In this document: piece after piece, positions 59,140 through 64,000 of the stretch
Position numbering within the stretch: the stretch's first letter is position 1
How the letters are laid out: each line of letters begins with the position of its first letter
Assembly: GCA_030295235.1 (NCBI GenBank)
Contig: AP026141.1
Location: 1-64,000 of the forward strand
Length of the DNA stretch: 64,000 nucleotides
Reading direction: 5' to 3'
Origin: Fistulifera solaris
Lineage: Eukaryota
Notes under the pieces: model-generated
The model's database searches: none
Told to the model about the DNA's origin: nothing
What the model saw: only the letters and a program-made list of their open reading frames with translations
Position numbers and translations under genes: made by a program

Positions 59140-61080
59140 TTACTACGGCGGCTACGTTGAGTGGGAGCGTTGTATTTACCTACTGTTTCGTGTTTCACTG
59201 TCAACGCAAAGTCGATTACTGTTCCTCGGCTTGCTTTAGCGATGTTGGGCAAAGCATTGTCGACATTGGTGTCCAAAAGACGCGGAAAGTGGTGTGATCG
59301 AATCACACAATATCCGGGTACCCCTCTTTCGATAAATTTCCCTACGAAAGCTACGTAAAATTGTGTAGACATTCGAAGCGTTGCATCATTCGTTCCATCA
59401 ACGTTCTGTTTACAAGTCGACGGCGAATATTGCTAAGTTATATAAATCATACACGGTGGATAAGGAAGCGTTGACATTTGCGCACTGTAGATCGAAGAAA
59501 TGGATGACGGCGTAAAATGCAATCTCCGGATACCCCTGCAGAGATAAATTTCCTACGGCGGCTATGTGAAATACGCGTAGACAATAGACGCGTTGTATCT
59601 TTGTACTGTTTCATGTTTCACTGTCAAATCAAAGTCGATTATTGTTTCCTGGCTCGCATTAGCGATGTTGGTCAAAGCATTGTTGACATTAATGTCCAAA
59701 AGACGCGTTTAACGGTGTGATCGAAATAACACAATATCCGGGTACCCCCTCAGTCGATAAATTTCCCTACGAGAGCTACGTGAAATTACGTAGACAGTCG
59801 AAGCGTGGCATCATTCGTTCCATCAACGTTCTGTTTTCAAATCGATGGCGTTCATTGCGCTTTGACACGAAGCAAATACGGTGGGCAGAAAAACGTGGAT
59901 ATCTGTGCACTGGAAAGCCATGAATTGGATGACGGCGTAAAAATGCAATCTCCGGGTACCCCTGCAGAGATAAATTTCCTACGGCGGCTACGTAAAATAC
60001 GCGTAGACAATAGACGCGTTGTATCTTTGTACTGTTTCATGTTTCACTGTCAAATCAAAGTCGATTATTGTTTCATGGCTCGCATTAGCGATGTTGGTCA
60101 AAGCATTGTTGACATTAATGTCCAAAAGACGCGTTTAACGGTGTGATCGAAATAACACAATATCCGGGTACCCCCTCAGTCGATAAATTTCCCTACGAGA
60201 GCTACGTGAAATTACGTAGACAGTCGAAGCGTGGCATCATTCGTTCCATCAACGTTCTGTTTTCAAATCGATGGCGTTCATTGCGCTTTGACACGAAGCA
60301 AATACGGTGGGCAGAAAAACGTGGATATCTGTGCACTGGAAAGCCATGAATTGGATGACGGCGTAAAATGCAATCTCCGGGTACCCCTGCAGAGATAAAT
60401 TTCCTACGGCGGCTACGTAAAATACGCGTAGACAATAGACGCGTTGTATCTTTGTACTGTTTCATGTTTCACTGTCAAATCAAAGTCGATTATTGTTTCA
60501 TGGCTCGCATTAGCGATGTTGGTCAAAGCATTGTTGACATTAATGTCCAAAAGACGCGTTTAACGGTGTGATCGAAATAACACAATATCCGGGTACCCCC
60601 TCAGTCGATAAATTTCCCTACGAGAGCTACGTGAAATTACGTAGACAGTCGAAGCGTGGCATCATTCGTTCCATCAACGTTCTGTTTTCAAATCGATGGC
60701 GTTCATTGCGCTTTGACACGAAGCAAATACGGGTGGGCAGAAAAACGTGGATATCTGTGCACTGGAAAGCCATGAATTGGATGACGGCGTAAAAATGCAA
60801 TCTCCGGATACCCCTGCAGAGATAAATTTCCTACGGCGGCTACGTAAAATACGCGTAGACACTAGACGCGTTGTATCTTTGTACTGTTTCATGTTTCACT
60901 GTCAAATCAAAGTCGATTATTGTTTCCTGGCTCGCATTAGCGATGTTGGTCAAAGCATTGTTGACATTAATGTCCAAAAGACGCGTTTAACGGTGTGATC
61001 GCAATAACACAATATCCGGGTACCCCCTCAGTCGATAAATTTCCCTACGAGAGCTACGTGAAATTACGTAGACATTCGTA
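59140..61080. repeat. Homogeneous satellite: ~426-bp unit made of two ~213-bp monomers (A/B), about 4.5 units (family B)
   Basis: A monomers at 59309, 59733, 60159, 60584 and 61011; B monomers at 59521, 59947, 60372 and 60799. Central units are near-identical. Confidence 0.97.
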
Positions 61081-61284
61081 TCGCGTCACACCGTTCATTC
61101 AACTTTTACGCCTCACAAGCGCCGCCAACAATTTGCCCCAAAGTCGTCCGCCATTTTTCTCGGACACTTTTGATTCATTTCCGGCGGTCATACATCTTCG
61201 TCTATTACACTCCGTGTGTTGCATTGCTCGTTTATTCCTTTTCGCTTCCGCCTCCTCTGTCTCCTTAAATAATCAGTACGAAGT

Positions 61285-62064
61285 ATGATTTTACGAAGCG
61301 AAAGGACGGCAGTGACGAATCCGTTGTTTGCGACGAAACATCAACCGTTTCCGCCGTGGTGTCTCTTTTTGGCCGGACTTTTGCTAGGAACGCGCAATGA
61401 AGTTACGCAATGGTTGCGTAATTATGCCGAGGCACTCTTGGTGTCTCTCTATGCTACGGGTGTTACTATTTACTTGCTGTATTCAGCGTATACTCGACGA
61501 CGCACAAAGTTAACAAAATCGGGAAAAAGAGCCACCAAAGCTACGACGACAAATACATCTGCACCGACTGATTCCATCACAGCAACAAAAGAGGATGCAT
61601 TGAAGGATCCGTCGACTACACAACAATCGCAACCTCCCATTGACTTGACGGGAACGTATCAACTGATATCAAATCAAGGATTTGAAGAATTCCTTGCTGT
61701 GCAAGGTGTCCCTTGGGCACTCCGAAGAGCCGCGAATGCCGCACGGCCCATTCATCGCATTACACAGACGGCACAACAACTTACTATTCAAATACAGGGC
61801 ATTATCGAAAGTGAAACGACTTATATCATCAACGGGCCTCCGGTAGAAACCAATGTGCGGGGACGCATCTTTGAAGATGTCGTGGAGTATATGGAAGACA
61901 ATCGTGGCATTCGCGTACGGAAAAAGGCATTGACGGAAGATTACGATGTCACGGTCGAACGGGTCTTGTCCGAAGACAAGCAAGAAATAGTATTGACGTC
62001 AACGGCCTTCTTTCGCGATGGTCGACCGTCGGTGAGTAGTGTTCAGCTGTTTCGAAGAGTTTAA
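61285..62064 (+). CDS. Membrane-anchored FABP/lipocalin-like protein
   Basis: N-terminal hydrophobic segments, T/K-rich linker, then DLTGTYQLISNQGFEEFLAVQGVPWALRRAA..ERVL..IVLT..QLFRRV, resembling the FABP beta-barrel pattern. Confidence 0.7.
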   Translation: MILRSERTAVTNPLFATKHQPFPPWCLFLAGLLLGTRNEVTQWLRNYAEALLVSLYATGVTIYLLYSAYTRRRTKLTKSGKRATKATTTNTSAPTDSITATKEDALKDPSTTQQSQPPIDLTGTYQLISNQGFEEFLAVQGVPWALRRAANAARPIHRITQTAQQLTIQIQGIIESETTYIINGPPVETNVRGRIFEDVVEYMEDNRGIRVRKKALTEDYDVTVERVLSEDKQEIVLTSTAFFRDGRPSVSSVQLFRRV

Positions 62065-62387
62065 CGAGAGCTCCTCTGCTGGAGGTCATTTGATGAGGCA
62101 AAATTACAATAAATAATAGACGAAGTTAAAAGTGCTCAAGTATTGGTAGATGTTTCATAGGAATACAAGACTTTTTAATTGAAAACGAACGTCAAATTCA
62201 GAACGGATGCAAAACGGGAAATGCGTCTATTTTTTGGCTCACAATCTCGCACGAGTATAGCTAGACTTAGCACGATACGTTGCCAATACACTTACTGAAT
62301 AATATGATTTGCAATAATACTCATGCATTAAATTCAATTTATGACTTGTATTTTATTCAACAAACAGAATGACCGATCGCTCGCCGC

Positions 62388-63050
62388 TCAACGATTTTGA
62401 GACCACCCAGCGGAAGAGGCGGACGAATCTTGACTAACCGATTCTCCTTGTGTTGTGGAAACGGAATCCCATGATTTACGTTTCATGGGTTTGATGGTTT
62501 CTACCATTTCATTTGATAAATTATCAAAGACGAGAGACCAGGCTGATAGCACCTTTTCCAAGTCCTTGCAATCTTCGCTTAGTGCCGATGAATACGACGC
62601 CAAGGTCCTTAATAAGGCATCGCGCATCATGGACCAGTGACTGGTCTGAATGCGCGGAAAATTGGCGTGCTCCAAGCCAATTTCAAGTAGTTGACCAAAT
62701 AGAGCGTCCATTTCGCATTCAAGCAAAGAGACACTCATATCCATCAATGTGGACGCCGTTCGCGCAGCTTCAATGAAATCCTCGCTTTCGAACATGGCAG
62801 GGCCTGATGTAGTGCCAAAGGGAAATAGAAGTTTGTAGGAAAGAGGCGCCTTTGTAAAGATGCTGTAGAAGAAAGGAGAAATATCGTTAGAGCTGTAATG
62901 CAAACATCGGCAGAGATTGGGTGACATACAAACTTACCTTTTCAGAAAACGATCCCCGAAATCATCCTCCCACGCCGGAGAAGAATCTTTGATACGTTCC
63001 CAAGAATCTTGCACAGCCGAAACAACGTCAGGACTGATGTCTTCCATCAT
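62388..63050 (-). CDS. Single-domain globin; intron 62937..62863
   Basis: VQDSWERI (A helix), FGDRFLKSIFTKAP..KLLFPF (CD1 Phe), LLEIGLEHA (proximal His), HWSMMRDALL. Confidence 0.85.
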
Positions 63051-64000
63051 CTTGACCTATTTTTATTAGAGAAATGAGCGTGCGCTAAGGGCGGAACGAT
63101 GATAAAGAATGAGCGTGATGCTTGCTTTTCCTGTAGCCGAGAAGACGAGATGATGAACAATGGGCAAATGAACAAGGGAAGGCGAAGAGTGGTCAGTGAT
63201 GGTTTGTGTTGTTTATCTTATCGTGATGTTTGGGGAGGAAGGAAGCGCAAAGAGCATCATAATTATTGTAGTTACGCAAAATGCACCAGAAGAACAACCT
63301 CCGGCATTTTTGGTCTATAATTGTCGTATCCTTATCATTGGTTTGACTATAGTAAAAAGTGGAGATAACAGAGTACTTCGTCTTTCGTCTTCGCATTATT
63401 GTTTATCCCTACAAAATTCTTTATTTCCCAAAGTCATTCAAGATTCAAGTTCCGATTAAGGTACTACGTATTTGTCCCATCTCCCATGTCCAGGTCGGAA
63501 ATTTGCGATACAAGCAGTAAATTCTTGAACCAAGAATCGAGACACCAAGACCAAATCATACAATATAAGCGATACCAATTGCCAGGGAGACACGGGAACG
63601 CACCTCTGCTTGGTACATTTTTCTACGGGGGCCTACGTGAGTGTACACTTTTTCCCGAACCTTCCAGTGACAGCTGTCAAGTGAAGGAAATGACAGTGAC
63701 GAGCAATAGTACTAGTGCATCAAACAACGTACGAAGTAAAAGTGCCGGAACTTTATGTTCTCTGTGAACTGTGTTGAATGCTCAAAATGTCTTGCTACCG
63801 ATTGAAATTGTACTGGGCTTGTTGAAAGTCTTTATGCATTCGTTTTGCGGTGCGACACCTGACGACTGATGACCAGAGGTAAAACACGAACTCTAATAAT
63901 AAAGTACCAGTACCTCACACCGACAAGCTCATTTTCATCATTATTTTCGAAAAACAAATGGATGAAATAGTAACGATTTCCAAGCCACTCAAAAACTGCA

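Noticed and set aside
59140..61080. Calling the satellite a centromere
   Set aside because: Nothing in the sequence alone supports it. Characterised diatom centromeres are low-GC regions without such repeats, and this array is not markedly AT-rich.
59517..61288. Repeated short ORFs (MQSP.., MIEITQ..) in the satellite
   Set aside because: By-products of tandem repetition; they are broken differently in different units and show no protein-like features.

Overview
Left end of a eukaryotic chromosome: a (CCCTAA)n telomere followed by gene-dense DNA with short GT-AG introns. Signal-peptide plus 'AF' plastid-targeting motifs and the gene families present point to a diatom (inference). About 29 protein genes can be supported. 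They include SRP72, RRP7, COQ4, a PRMT10-like methyltransferase, TRM10-like, APE1/DUF2854, two MscS channels, a P2-type ATPase, an MFS transporter, DnaJ-X, a GPCR-like protein, a signal-peptide SET protein, an M43 protease, a globin, three related kinases and four paralogs of an uncharacterised 'SVSF..LWF..RGLE' family. Many genes, including essential ones, are broken by single-base homopolymer indels, which most likely reflects an unpolished long-read assembly. The most unusual content is non-coding. (1) Mosaics of drifting 7-bp tandem repeats lie upstream of all four SVSF/RGLE paralogs. (2) A 213/426-bp A/B dimeric satellite carries a conserved palindromic box, recurs in divergent promoters and ends at the same point in two arrays. 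(3) A ~52-bp TTCCAGAAwTTCTGGAA satellite switches orientation internally. (4) A 901-bp non-autonomous DNA transposon has ~180-bp TIRs and an 8-bp TSD. No rRNA, tRNA or CRISPR array was seen. All assignments come from reading motifs by eye; no searches were run.
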